A stretch of 64,000 nt of DNA from Candidatus Cybelea sp. (GTDB taxonomy: Bacteria > Vulcanimicrobiota > Vulcanimicrobiia > Vulcanimicrobiales > Vulcanimicrobiaceae): assembly GCA_036726365.1 (NCBI GenBank), contig DAIMCN010000012.1, forward strand, positions 3,730 through 67,729. The letters are read 5' to 3'. This document shows positions 28,723 to 37,629 of the stretch, one piece after another. The position numbers were made by a program, and so were the translations under genes. How positions within the stretch are numbered: position 1 is the first letter of the stretch; the number at the start of each line of letters is the position of its first letter. The notes beneath the pieces are model-generated. The model did no database searches, was not told the DNA's origin, and saw only the letters and a program-made list of their open reading frames with translations.

Positions 28723-28907
28723 CGCGGCGCGCTTTGAAATCGGGCCCAAATCAGACAAAGCAGCGAGAGCACCCACAGGATCACGAGATGCGTGATGTGA
28801 TGAGCGTGCTGTGGGCCGGACTCCGTAAAGAGGTTTATTTTGCCCATTCCGTAGAGAATGCCCAGGACGAAGAAGACGACGGCTAAGGCGACCGCGATAG
28901 CTCTCAT
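28719..28907 (-). CDS. Small two-TM membrane protein (62 aa), function unknown
   Basis: Two hydrophobic helices, AIAVALAVVFFVLGILYG and HLVILWVLSLLCLIW. There are ATGA overlaps at both ends, with the uppP stop (28904-28907) and the moaC start (28719-28722). Confidence 0.55.
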   Translation of the reverse strand: MRAIAVALAVVFFVLGILYGMGKINLFTESGPQHAHHITHLVILWVLSLLCLIWARFQSAPR

Positions 28908-29764
28908 GTGATGATCCCTTTACGTGCGAGAACGAGACAGATTGCGCCGACGAAAACGCAGTACCATCCGAACGGGCGCAAATCGTTCGAGCGAAAGTAG
29001 CGGGTCAAAAAGGCCACGGAAAGATATGCGGCGACGCCGGCCGCGATTCCGCCGGCCACGGCCTGCACGAGCACGACGTGCGCCGCCGGCACGAAGAGCT
29101 TCGGCATCTCCAGTAGTGCGGCGGCGAGAATTACCGGCGTCGCCAGCAAGAACGAATACCGTGCCGCATCTTCGTGATCGAGGTCGCAAAGCAGCCCCGC
29201 GACCATCGAGATGCCCGATCGCGAGATGCCCGGGAGCAGCGCGAACGCCTGCGCGAAGCCGATGGAAAGGCTCGCGGGATAGCCCAACCGCTCGATCGGT
29301 TTATCGGCTCTTCCAATGGCCCGACGCTGTCGCCGCCGCAGCGCTTCGCCAGCGAACATGACCAGGCCATTGATAAGCAAAAAGAACGCCGCAGGGGCGG
29401 GCGACCCAAACAGACGGCGCACCGGAATCTCAAATATCACGCCGAGAATCCCGACCGGAATCGTCGCGACGACGAGCCGCCAGCCGATTCGTTCGTCGCG
29501 ATCGTCGCTCAAGCTACCGCGTATCAAGCTCGCGATAACCGCCCGAACGATTGCATACCATTGCGCGCGGTAAAAAACGACGAGCGCCAGCGCGGTGCCC
29601 AAGTGCAACACGACCACAAACGCCAAAAACGATGCGCTCGAACGATCCACGTTGTGCCATCCCAGCAGCGCCGGAACGAGAATCGTATGGCCGAGGCTCG
29701 ACACGGGAAAGAGCTCGCTGGTGCCTTGCAACAATGCAAGAACGAGCGCTTGAACGAAGGTCAC
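28904..29764 (-). CDS. uppP: Undecaprenyl-diphosphate phosphatase
   Basis: BacA/UppP motifs ELFPVSSLGH and PGISRSG, in a polytopic protein. Confidence 0.9.
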   Translation of the reverse strand: MTFVQALVLALLQGTSELFPVSSLGHTILVPALLGWHNVDRSSASFLAFVVVLHLGTALALVVFYRAQWYAIVRAVIASLIRGSLSDDRDERIGWRLVVATIPVGILGVIFEIPVRRLFGSPAPAAFFLLINGLVMFAGEALRRRQRRAIGRADKPIERLGYPASLSIGFAQAFALLPGISRSGISMVAGLLCDLDHEDAARYSFLLATPVILAAALLEMPKLFVPAAHVVLVQAVAGGIAAGVAAYLSVAFLTRYFRSNDLRPFGWYCVFVGAICLVLARKGIIT

Positions 29765-29773
29765 CTGCTTAGC

Positions 29774-30397
29774 CTACCACGCCACGAACTTGACGCTGTA
29801 GGTATAGGTTCCCACAACCGGTTTGCAATCGCGGAGCGCCGGTGTGTAGCGCGCTTGGCGTGCCATCGATACCGCCACGAGATCCAGCGATGAGTTGCCC
29901 GTGCTTTGCATAACACCGGTGCTCGTCACCTGACCCGCCGAATCGAGCTGGACGTGCACGAGCGCAACCCCGTTCGTACCGGCGGTGCGCGCCTCTGGCG
30001 CGATGTCGGGCGGTGAGGGAGAGACGGCAACGGCGGCGGCGGCATTGGGTTGCGTGCAGCCGGCATTGGCAGTCGCGACCGGCGAGGGAGTCGGCGACGC
30101 GGCGACCGGCGTTCGGGCAGCGGCGGGCCCCCCACCCGCTTCTGCCGGCGCGGCCGGGCCCTTGCTGGCGCGCGGCGGTGCAGACTTTGCTGCCAATGGT
30201 GACGGGCGAGGTCTCGGAGGAGGCGGCGGAGTGGGAATCTTTCTTACGGCGATGGTCGCGGGCCGATGCTCGATTGAAACGACTTCAGCCTGATTCTGCG
30301 GCGTCGGTGAGGCGGGACGAAGAATCACCGCGACGATGAGGTGCACGAGCAGCGAAAGCGCGAACGCAATTACCAGTAAACGCGGAATGCGTTTCAC
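29774..30397 (-). CDS. TonB-like energy transducer (paralog 2)
   Basis: N-terminal TM with SxxxH (LSLLVHLI), a Pro-rich spacer (PTPPPPPRPRP), and a C-terminal TonB_C-like domain GVALVHVQLDSAGQVTSTGVMQSTGNSSLD..A......YTP. Confidence 0.75.
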   Translation of the reverse strand: MKRIPRLLVIAFALSLLVHLIVAVILRPASPTPQNQAEVVSIEHRPATIAVRKIPTPPPPPRPRPSPLAAKSAPPRASKGPAAPAEAGGGPAAARTPVAASPTPSPVATANAGCTQPNAAAAVAVSPSPPDIAPEARTAGTNGVALVHVQLDSAGQVTSTGVMQSTGNSSLDLVAVSMARQARYTPALRDCKPVVGTYTYSVKFVAW

Positions 30398-30418
30398 GGC
30401 GCATGGGGCAGTTGAACG

Positions 30419-31144
30419 TTAATCCGGCTGGAAATCAGCGCGGAAGAGATAGTTGCCCGTTGTCGGCTGACAATCGATGAGTTTCGGCGAGTACGCGGAT
30501 TGTCGAGCGGCGCGCAGCGCTGCCTGATCGATCGCCATGTTGCTCGAGCTCTTGTAGACCGACGCACCGACCAAATTCCCGCTTGGACCAACGGTGACTT
30601 CGACTTCCACGGTGACGGCGCCAAGGCCGAGATCGCGCGCGGATTCCGGATAATCGGGCTGCACGGGGTTAGTGACCGTCGCTTCGACGTTCGGATTGGC
30701 GCACGCCGGCTTTGGCGTTCCCGGGGGTGCGGAAGCCGGCGCAGCCGTACCCTGACCCGCCGGCGCGCCGTTCTCACTTCCACTCTTCGGCTGGGTTACG
30801 GTGCTCTCGGTCGATCCGGTCGCTTTGTTGTTGCTAGTGTGAACGAGATTGACCTTGAGCTTGGGCTGGGGTTGCTCTTGCTTCTTCGGCGGCGGCGTCG
30901 AAAGCGGGTTTGGCGTCGGCGTGGGCGGCGGCGTGGGCGTGGGCGGCGGCGGCGTCGGCACGCGAACGCGCGTCTTCTTGGCCATCGTGACCTTCTCGAC
31001 GTTCTGTTCTTCGTGGTGCTGCGCAAAATTGGGCAACACCGAGCCGATCGCTAAGTGTGCGACCAGCGAGATCACGAAGGCCCAGCCGATAAAGCCTCGG
31101 ACGCGTTCGCCGGTCGTGATGTAGGGAGATCCGCGCTTGGCCAT
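30419..31144 (-). CDS. TonB-like energy transducer (paralog 1)
   Basis: N-terminal TM with SxxxH (VISLVAHLA), a (PT)n Pro-rich spacer, and a C-terminal TonB_C-like domain PDYPESARDLGLGAVTVEVEVTVGPSGNLVGASVYKSSSNMAIDQAALRAA. Confidence 0.75.
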   Translation of the reverse strand: MAKRGSPYITTGERVRGFIGWAFVISLVAHLAIGSVLPNFAQHHEEQNVEKVTMAKKTRVRVPTPPPPTPTPPPTPTPNPLSTPPPKKQEQPQPKLKVNLVHTSNNKATGSTESTVTQPKSGSENGAPAGQGTAAPASAPPGTPKPACANPNVEATVTNPVQPDYPESARDLGLGAVTVEVEVTVGPSGNLVGASVYKSSSNMAIDQAALRAARQSAYSPKLIDCQPTTGNYLFRADFQPD

Positions 31145-31147
31145 TGC

Positions 31148-31573
31148 CTACTGGTTTACGCCCGCGGGACTGCCCTGGACGTGGTTGGCGAGGCCAAAAT
31201 CGGTGAGGTTCACGGATTTCGCCGCATCCATGAGCTGCAGGATGATGCCGTAGCTGGTCTTGGGATTCGCTTTGATAATGACGCTTTTGAACTTGTGGTC
31301 GGTGGCATCTTGGAGCTGCGCGAAGGCGGCCTTCGCGTCGCCAATCGTAACTTGATTGGAGCCGATTTGGATGTGGTCGTTTTCATCGATGATCACGACG
31401 ATCTGCGACGGTTGAACCTTGTCCTTGTTGTACGCATCGGGCAGCTTCGGCTCTTTTGTTACCGACGCCAAAATGATGAAGATAATTAGGAGCACCAACA
31501 ACACGTCGGTAAACGGCGTGATGTTGATTGTCGACATTACCTCATCTTCGCCTCCACCTGTGGAAACGGCCAC
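31148..31573 (-). CDS. exbD: ExbD/TolR family protein
   Basis: INITPFTDVLLVLLIIF TM signature, 141 aa. Confidence 0.85.
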   Translation of the reverse strand: MAVSTGGGEDEVMSTINITPFTDVLLVLLIIFIILASVTKEPKLPDAYNKDKVQPSQIVVIIDENDHIQIGSNQVTIGDAKAAFAQLQDATDHKFKSVIIKANPKTSYGIILQLMDAAKSVNLTDFGLANHVQGSPAGVNQ

Positions 31574-31585
31574 GCATTAACCCTC

Positions 31586-31996
31586 CTAGGATGTTACGAA
31601 ACCGACGTCTTCCAAGCCGGCTTGCTTGGCGGCGTCGAGAATTCGAATGATAATCCCGTACGGCGCCTTCGCGTCGGCGACTACGGCTACGTGGTGGTGC
31701 GGCTTCTTCTTCGAGGCATCGTATATGACGCGATATACGCCGACCTCGTCGGTCTTCGTTCCATCGACAAATATTACGCCTTTATTGTTGACGTCGACTT
31801 CGATATCGTTCTTGTTCTTGTTTTCCGTCGAACTGTTGGGATTTTTGTTGGGCAGCTCTTTCTCGAAACCGGGCGGTGCGACCAGCGCGGCGAGAATCAT
31901 GAAGATGATGAGCAAAACGAGCAATACGTCGGTAAATGGCGTGATGTTGATCTCCGCCATTACCTCTTGCTCTTGTTGTGCCGATAACAGTCCCAC
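31586..31996 (-). CDS. exbD: ExbD/TolR family protein
   Basis: INITPFTDVLLVLLIIF TM signature (the same 17 residues as in the paralog), 136 aa. Confidence 0.85.
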   Translation of the reverse strand: MGLLSAQQEQEVMAEINITPFTDVLLVLLIIFMILAALVAPPGFEKELPNKNPNSSTENKNKNDIEVDVNNKGVIFVDGTKTDEVGVYRVIYDASKKKPHHHVAVVADAKAPYGIIIRILDAAKQAGLEDVGFVTS

Positions 31997-32014
31997 CGTG
32001 ATGCCTCCGCGACC

Positions 32015-32686
32015 CTACTTGGCCGAGGCCTTCGTCGGCTGATAAAGCTCCGTCGGAATCGGCGCGCCGGTGTTGTGGAAGTGAAGCATTTCCGCGAGCT
32101 GATTCGCAGCGACGATCATCTCTTGATTGTAGTTCTTGATGCGCGACTTGAAGAAGTTGAAAAAGACCACCGCGATGACCGCAATAATCAAACCGGTCGC
32201 CGTCGTGATCAAGGCTTCGGATACGCCCGCCGCGACGACCGCAGGCGTCGAGTTCCCCTTGAGGGCAATGTCTTGGAAGGCTCGGATGATGCCCAAGACG
32301 GTGCCGAAGAGGCCGACGAACGGTGCGATGACCGCGATCGTCCCGATGATCGCCAGATTCCGCTCCAATGAATTGAGGTGCTCCATCAACGCAATCGAGA
32401 GCGCGTCGGTGATGTCGGCGCGGTTCTTCTCGCCCCGGCGAAGCCCGAACTCGAGAATGCGCGGAAGCATGCCACGTTTCTTCTTACAGATTTCGATCGC
32501 GCCGTCGAGATCGTCTTCCGAAACTTTGGTTCCGATCTGACGCAGCAAACCTTTGGTGTCGGAGTGCTGCATCTGAAAGAAGACCAAACGCTCGATGACG
32601 ACGGCAAGACCGACGATCGAAATGAGCAAGAGCAGCCACATATCCCAGCCGCCCTGCTGCATGAGACCCATAAATCCCGAAAACAC
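32015..32686 (-). CDS. exbB: ExbB/TolQ/MotA family proton channel
   Basis: Three TM helices with conserved LGTVLGIIRAF and GVSEALITTATGL. GTG start preceded by GGAGGG. Confidence 0.85.
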   Translation of the reverse strand: MFSGFMGLMQQGGWDMWLLLLISIVGLAVVIERLVFFQMQHSDTKGLLRQIGTKVSEDDLDGAIEICKKKRGMLPRILEFGLRRGEKNRADITDALSIALMEHLNSLERNLAIIGTIAVIAPFVGLFGTVLGIIRAFQDIALKGNSTPAVVAAGVSEALITTATGLIIAVIAVVFFNFFKSRIKNYNQEMIVAANQLAEMLHFHNTGAPIPTELYQPTKASAK

Positions 32687-32799
32687 GTCTCTACGATCCC
32701 TCCACTAGACGATGTTCCGCGGCGACCTTCGCCCCGTGAGGGCGCGAGATTGGCCTACCCCGGCCGAAAGTCCTGGTAATCTCAACCGCCGCTTCCCGA

Positions 32800-34167
32800 C
32801 TAGCCAGCGGGAGTGGCGTTCAGGTTCTTTTTCACAAACGATTCGATTTGAAGCGCTAATGCTTCATTGCCCTCCGCCTTGGCTTGCTGATCGGCCTTAT
32901 CGAGGGCTTCGGCGGCCTTTTTCTTTGTGCCGTCGTCATGGCTCGACGCCCACTGACCCGTCAGCGCAATTCCTTCAGCGAAATTCGCTGCTGCATCGTT
33001 GGGTTTGAGGGCCAGAGCCTTGTCCGCGTATGCCTGCATCCGCTTGTAATCCGGCTTATCCATCCTTGCAACCAAGAACGCGGCTTGCGTATTGGCTGTG
33101 ACGGCAACCTCCGGGTCGCCTCCGGCCGCCGCTTGATCGAAGTCTTTGAAGGCTTGATCGTAGTTCTTGGCGTTGGCCGCGTCGAGGCCCATTTTCAGCA
33201 GGCTGCTTCCCACCATTCGGCCCGGTAACGTGCTGTTGGGATCGAGTTGTTTGATCTCGGCGGCGGTCGCCTGCATGTCTTGCGTATCATTCGTCTGCAA
33301 GTAGGCGTTCATCAGCGCTGAGTCGATCGCTACCTTGGCGTTGGTCGGCGTTTTTGGATCGGCGAATGCCGAGGCGTGCACCTGTTTTAGCGTCGCAATC
33401 GCGTCGCCGTACTGCTTGTTGGCCACTTGCGCCATGCCCAGAGCGTATTTTGAGTTCGCGCTCGAGTCGAGCGCGACGGCTTTTTGCGCGTAAGCAAGCG
33501 CCTGGGCCGGATTCGACGTGGATTCATCCACAGACGCCCTGGCAAAGCTTCGCGCGGCGATGGGTTGGAACTGCTTGCCGATCGTCCCCACTTTATCGAA
33601 AGCGGCGGCGGCCGTCGCGTAGTCGTTGCTGTCAAACGCGGCAACGCCGAGCATCTGCCGCAACGACTCATCGGACGGGTTTGAAAGGAGGGCGCTTTGC
33701 GCCTTCGACTTGGCTTCGGCATATTGTTTTTCGCGAATAAGAGTCGCGACTTGGCCGGCTGCCGGACTCAGCGTTCCGCCGGCAGGTAACCCGCCGCCCG
33801 ACCCTTCGGTGCTCGCATTCGCCACGGACCTGCCGTGGAATTGGAGCGTAAAGTCGTAAAACGCCGTAATCGGAGTAGCACCACGACGCGCCGGACGATA
33901 CGTCGAGTTTTGAGCGATTTCCATCGCCGCGGCGTTGTCGCCCTGATTTGTCGAGCTAATGACTTTGATGGCTTTATGCGAACCGTCGGGGTGCACTTCT
34001 ACTTGTACGACGACCTTGCCGTTGCCGACGATCGGCTGGCTCGTCTTGCCTTGGTGCAACAACTTGGCCGGTACGAATTCGTTCGCATACTGAGCGAACG
34101 CCGGAGTCTGCGCAAATGCAACCGATACCGCGACGGCCGGCACAATGAGTCGAAGGAAGAGTTTCAT
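32800..34167 (-). CDS. Secreted TonB_C-like domain + TPR-repeat protein
   Basis: Signal peptide MKLFLRLIVPAVAVSVAFAQTPAFA, then a TonB_C-like module GKVVVQVEVHPDGSHKAIKVISSTNQGDNAAAMEIAQNSTYRPA, then ~330 aa of TPR-like A/K/Y-rich repeats. ATG 34167 is preceded by GGTGAGG. The alternative GTG 34179 forms a GTGA overlap with the rluB stop. Confidence 0.7.
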   Translation of the reverse strand: MKLFLRLIVPAVAVSVAFAQTPAFAQYANEFVPAKLLHQGKTSQPIVGNGKVVVQVEVHPDGSHKAIKVISSTNQGDNAAAMEIAQNSTYRPARRGATPITAFYDFTLQFHGRSVANASTEGSGGGLPAGGTLSPAAGQVATLIREKQYAEAKSKAQSALLSNPSDESLRQMLGVAAFDSNDYATAAAAFDKVGTIGKQFQPIAARSFARASVDESTSNPAQALAYAQKAVALDSSANSKYALGMAQVANKQYGDAIATLKQVHASAFADPKTPTNAKVAIDSALMNAYLQTNDTQDMQATAAEIKQLDPNSTLPGRMVGSSLLKMGLDAANAKNYDQAFKDFDQAAAGGDPEVAVTANTQAAFLVARMDKPDYKRMQAYADKALALKPNDAAANFAEGIALTGQWASSHDDGTKKKAAEALDKADQQAKAEGNEALALQIESFVKKNLNATPAG

Positions 34168-34175
34168 GACGCACC

Positions 34176-34898
34176 TCACGCCGGTGTGGTACGAGGCGAT
34201 TCCCCCGGCGGCCTGCGATGGCGCTCGAGTGCCGCGACTTCCTTGGCAGTCAGCGGCCGAAAGCGGCCAGCAGGCAGTCCGCCCAACTTGAGCGGTCCAA
34301 ACCGAATGCGCGTCAATTCCAGGACGCGATGGCCCAGCGCTTCAAACATCCGCCGAACCTGCCGGTTACGCCCCTCGTGAATGGTTATGTCGAGAACGCT
34401 GGATTCCCGGCGTACGCTGACGACTCGTACTTTGGACCCTGACGCGCGAAACTCAGAGAGCGTCACGCCGTGCGTCAAGCGATGGACGTCTTCGGCCGAG
34501 AGCCACCCCGCGATCGTAACGCGATAGGTCTTCTCGACGCCGAAACGTGGGTGTAGCAGGCGGTGGGCCAAGTCGCCGTCGTTGGTCAGTAGCAGCGCTC
34601 CGGATGTGGCGTAGTCTAACCGCCCGACCGGAAAAACGCCGCGTTGCAGCGGGACCAAGTCTGAAATCGTGGAGCGCCCTTGCGGATCCCGCATCGTCGT
34701 AACGACGCCAAGCGGTTTGTGCAACAGCAAATAGGTTGGTTCGGCGGGAAGCGCGACGGCGGTTCCATCAACCTCAACCCGCTCGCCGGGCCGCACCACC
34801 GTGCCGAGCTCGCGCACGATCCGTCCGTCGACGCGCACGCGACCGGCCGCAACGAGCTCGTCGGCATGTCTGCGCGACGCAACCCCGCTGCGCGCCAA
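34176..34898 (-). CDS. rluB: RsuA/RluB-family pseudouridine synthase
   Basis: S4 domain at the N-terminus and a catalytic GRLDYATSGALLLTNDG motif. Confidence 0.85.
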   Translation of the reverse strand: MARSGVASRRHADELVAAGRVRVDGRIVRELGTVVRPGERVEVDGTAVALPAEPTYLLLHKPLGVVTTMRDPQGRSTISDLVPLQRGVFPVGRLDYATSGALLLTNDGDLAHRLLHPRFGVEKTYRVTIAGWLSAEDVHRLTHGVTLSEFRASGSKVRVVSVRRESSVLDITIHEGRNRQVRRMFEALGHRVLELTRIRFGPLKLGGLPAGRFRPLTAKEVAALERHRRPPGESPRTTPA

Positions 34899-34955
34899 AT
34901 ATCTATTGAGTCGCGCTGCCCTTCACCCTTAGCCGAATCCGCCGCCGACGTTATC

Positions 34956-36251
34956 CTAATACTTTCCATTATCTTCATGGCCGCGCGACATCGAGAGCGC
35001 CTCTTTGGTGACCGTTTGCAGGAACTCTTCGTTGGTGCGCGTTTGCGCCATCTTGTCGAGGATAATCTCGGTGATGTCGCCCGTATTAAGCACCGCCGTG
35101 GCGCGGCGCAGCATCCAGATCTTGCGCATCTCGTCGGGCGAGAGCAGCAGCTCTTCGTGCCGCGTGCCGGAACGTTTGATGTCGATCGCCGGAAAGACGC
35201 GGGATTCGGCGAGTTTGCGCGTCAGGTCGATCTCCATGTTGCCGGTGCCTTTGAACTCTTCGAAGATCACGTCGTCCATCTTCGAGCCGGTCTCGATCAG
35301 CGCGGTCGCGATGATCGTGAGCGAGCCGCCCTCTTCGATTTTTCGGGCAGCGCCGAAGAAGCGCTTCGGCTTGTGCAACGAGGCGGTGTCGAGACCGCCG
35401 GAGAGCGTGCGGCCGGAGCTCGCGACCACCTGGTTGTAGGCACGCGCCAGGCGCGTGATCGAGTCGAGCAAGATCACGACGTCTTTACCGAGCTCGACGA
35501 GGCGCTTCGCGCGCTCCATCGTTAGCTCCGCAACGGCCGTGTGGTTTTCGGGATGCTCGTCGAACGTCGACGCGACTACGTCGCCGTCGATCGTGCGCTG
35601 CATGTCGGTCACCTCTTCCGGGCGTTCGTCCACGAGCAGCGCGATGATATGCGCGTCGGGGTGATTGATAGAAATCGAGTTGGCGATGTTCTTGAGCAGC
35701 GTCGTCTTACCGGCCTTCGGGGGTGAGACGATCAGGGCACGCTGGCCTTTGCCGATCGGCGAAAAGAGATCGATGACGCGCGTTGAGAGCTGCGTCGAGC
35801 GCACCTCGAGCTTGAACCGCTCTTGCGGATAGATCGGCGTTCCCTTTTCAAAGACTCGCCGCCCTTTAATGGCTTCGGGCTCAAACCCGTTGACTTTGTC
35901 GACACGAATCAGCCCGTAATATTTTTCGCTCTCTTTGGGACGCCGGGCCTGGCCTTCGACCATGTCGCCGCGCCGTAATTCGAAGCGGCGTATCTGCGAC
36001 TGGCTAACGTAGACATCGTCGTTACCGATGTAGTAGCCCGCGCGCCGCAGGAAACCATACCCCTCGGGTAAGATGTCGAGAATGCCGCTCGCCACCTCGA
36101 TACCGGAGCGAGCAATTTGCGCCTGCACCAAAAGGGTAACGATCTCATCCTTCTTTACTTTGGCCGGCGTTGGAATCTCAATTTCGAGCTCCTTCGCGAG
36201 CTCGAGCAGCTCAGTCTTCGTCTTTTCAGAAAGCTGAGCCTCAGTGAGCAT
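34956..36251 (-). CDS. rho: Transcription termination factor Rho
   Basis: The internal ATG at 36251 gives MLTEAQLSEKTKTELLELAKEL. RNA-binding domain GILDILPEGYGFLR, Walker A SPPKAGKTTLL. The upstream 38 aa of the track ORF are Arg-rich. Confidence 0.95.
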   Translation of the reverse strand: MLTEAQLSEKTKTELLELAKELEIEIPTPAKVKKDEIVTLLVQAQIARSGIEVASGILDILPEGYGFLRRAGYYIGNDDVYVSQSQIRRFELRRGDMVEGQARRPKESEKYYGLIRVDKVNGFEPEAIKGRRVFEKGTPIYPQERFKLEVRSTQLSTRVIDLFSPIGKGQRALIVSPPKAGKTTLLKNIANSISINHPDAHIIALLVDERPEEVTDMQRTIDGDVVASTFDEHPENHTAVAELTMERAKRLVELGKDVVILLDSITRLARAYNQVVASSGRTLSGGLDTASLHKPKRFFGAARKIEEGGSLTIIATALIETGSKMDDVIFEEFKGTGNMEIDLTRKLAESRVFPAIDIKRSGTRHEELLLSPDEMRKIWMLRRATAVLNTGDITEIILDKMAQTRTNEEFLQTVTKEALSMSRGHEDNGKY

Positions 36252-36555
36252 CGGCGGCAGTTCGACCTGCGGAAGCTGATCGTGAAATGCCGCGGCGTGT
36301 TGCGGAAAGTGATGGCGCCGACGCGCACGTCGACGGCGTCCTCCGCCGCCTTGCTGCGAGCGCATATCGTTGTTGAAGCGCTGTTCGGGGTTGGGACGAT
36401 GTTCGGTTTGCAGAAGAATCTCTCGCTGTTAGAGCCGCACACGTCAAGCGTTGGGGCGAAGCGAGGCTGCCATCGCAATCAAACCGGTGACGTGAACGTG
36501 GGGATGTCAAAGAATATCGCGGCTGTCAACAAAGCGACCGCAACACGACGACCAC

Positions 36556-36590
36556 ACTATAGCACAATGGAACCGGGCCTTCAAGCCAGC
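36556..36590 (-). promoter_or_regulatory. Candidate promoter of rho (extended -10)
   Basis: The minus strand reads TTGAAG (-35, overlapping the mpg stop), a 17-nt spacer ending in TGC, then TATAGT (36561-36556). This implies a ~300-nt rho leader. Confidence 0.4.
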
Positions 36591-37180
36591 CGCAAGCGAG
36601 CGGGTCCACTAACGTAGGGTGTACCGGCCTCATAGAAGCGCAAACGACGCTCCTTGGCTCGCGTCACGCCGATTCGCCGGCTGCGCCCGACGCGCAAGGG
36701 GGCCGCCCTCGTGCGCGCAAGCCAGAGCTGCGATTTCGCAAAAAGGTCGAGCCCGTCTAAAGACCGGTCGATCGCCAGTGCGCGACAAAGGCGCCCTGGC
36801 CCGCGACAGAGGTCGAGCGAATTCTCAATGTCGCGCCGGGCTCTCATCAACGCGAGGCCTTCGATGGGCTCTAACGCTCGAACGAGCACGCCTGCTCCCG
36901 TGCCGTCGCATTCGCTCGATAAGTTGAAACAAAACGACGTGCCGTAAATCTGGTAGACGTACGCCCGATGGGGCGGCCCGAAAAGCGTCGCATTACGGCG
37001 GCTCTTTCCGCTATAGGCGTGACAAGCGGGATCTCCGGGAAGGTAAGCCTCCGTCTCGACGATGCGCCCCGCGGTCATTCCATCCTCGCTTTGACGCACC
37101 AGAACGCAGCCGAGCAGGGCTTCGGCGAGAGCGGTGGTTTGAATCGGTAAATCGTCCGGCGTTACCGGGCTAAACCTCAT
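36581..37180 (-). CDS. mpg: DNA-3-methyladenine glycosylase (Mpg/AAG family)
   Basis: LLGCVLVR...GRIVETEAYLPGDPACHAY...YVYQIYG are typical AAG-family motifs. Confidence 0.85.
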   Translation of the reverse strand: MRFSPVTPDDLPIQTTALAEALLGCVLVRQSEDGMTAGRIVETEAYLPGDPACHAYSGKSRRNATLFGPPHRAYVYQIYGTSFCFNLSSECDGTGAGVLVRALEPIEGLALMRARRDIENSLDLCRGPGRLCRALAIDRSLDGLDLFAKSQLWLARTRAAPLRVGRSRRIGVTRAKERRLRFYEAGTPYVSGPARLRLA

Positions 37181-37587
37181 GCCGCGAGATTCAGCGCGGC
37201 TTCTGCTCGGGCCCTTTGCGTCAAATCGTCGGTGGTTTGGACTCGCACGCTGTACGAAGAAAGCGCGTTAAGGGCGCAATGCAAACGAACGTACGGAAGC
37301 ACGAGCGCGTCGGCGAGCACTTTGCGCTGATTGATTTCAGCGACGAGCGCTGCATCGCCCAAGAGAAAGCGCACTCGCGCAAGCCCGCGTGCGCGAAGCG
37401 TTTCCGCCAGCGTGGTCAGCGCTGCATAGCCGCTCGCGCGGTCGATAAACCCGGCCGCATCGGGCACCCGGAAGGTCAAACGGATTAACCGCTGCTTTCC
37501 ACTGGCGCTCAAGAGCGCGTAGGCAATCCCCTCGCCACGCGGGCCTGCCGCGTAGCCGACCGCCGCTTCGATCATCGAACCTCGCAT
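37177..37587 (-). CDS. RNase H-like (RVT_3-type) domain protein, probably catalytically degenerate
   Basis: Weak pattern match to the small RNase HI/RVT_3 fold: EAAVGYAAGPRGEGIAYALL, ASGYAALTTLAETL, V.FLLGDAALV. The first Asp and the Glu of the DEDD set appear replaced. ATGA overlap with the mpg start. Confidence 0.4.
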   Translation of the reverse strand: MRGSMIEAAVGYAAGPRGEGIAYALLSASGKQRLIRLTFRVPDAAGFIDRASGYAALTTLAETLRARGLARVRFLLGDAALVAEINQRKVLADALVLPYVRLHCALNALSSYSVRVQTTDDLTQRARAEAALNLAA

Positions 37588-37629
37588 CGTTCTGCCTCAC
37601 GTCTAGTGTATAGCGAACGTATGTTCGAG

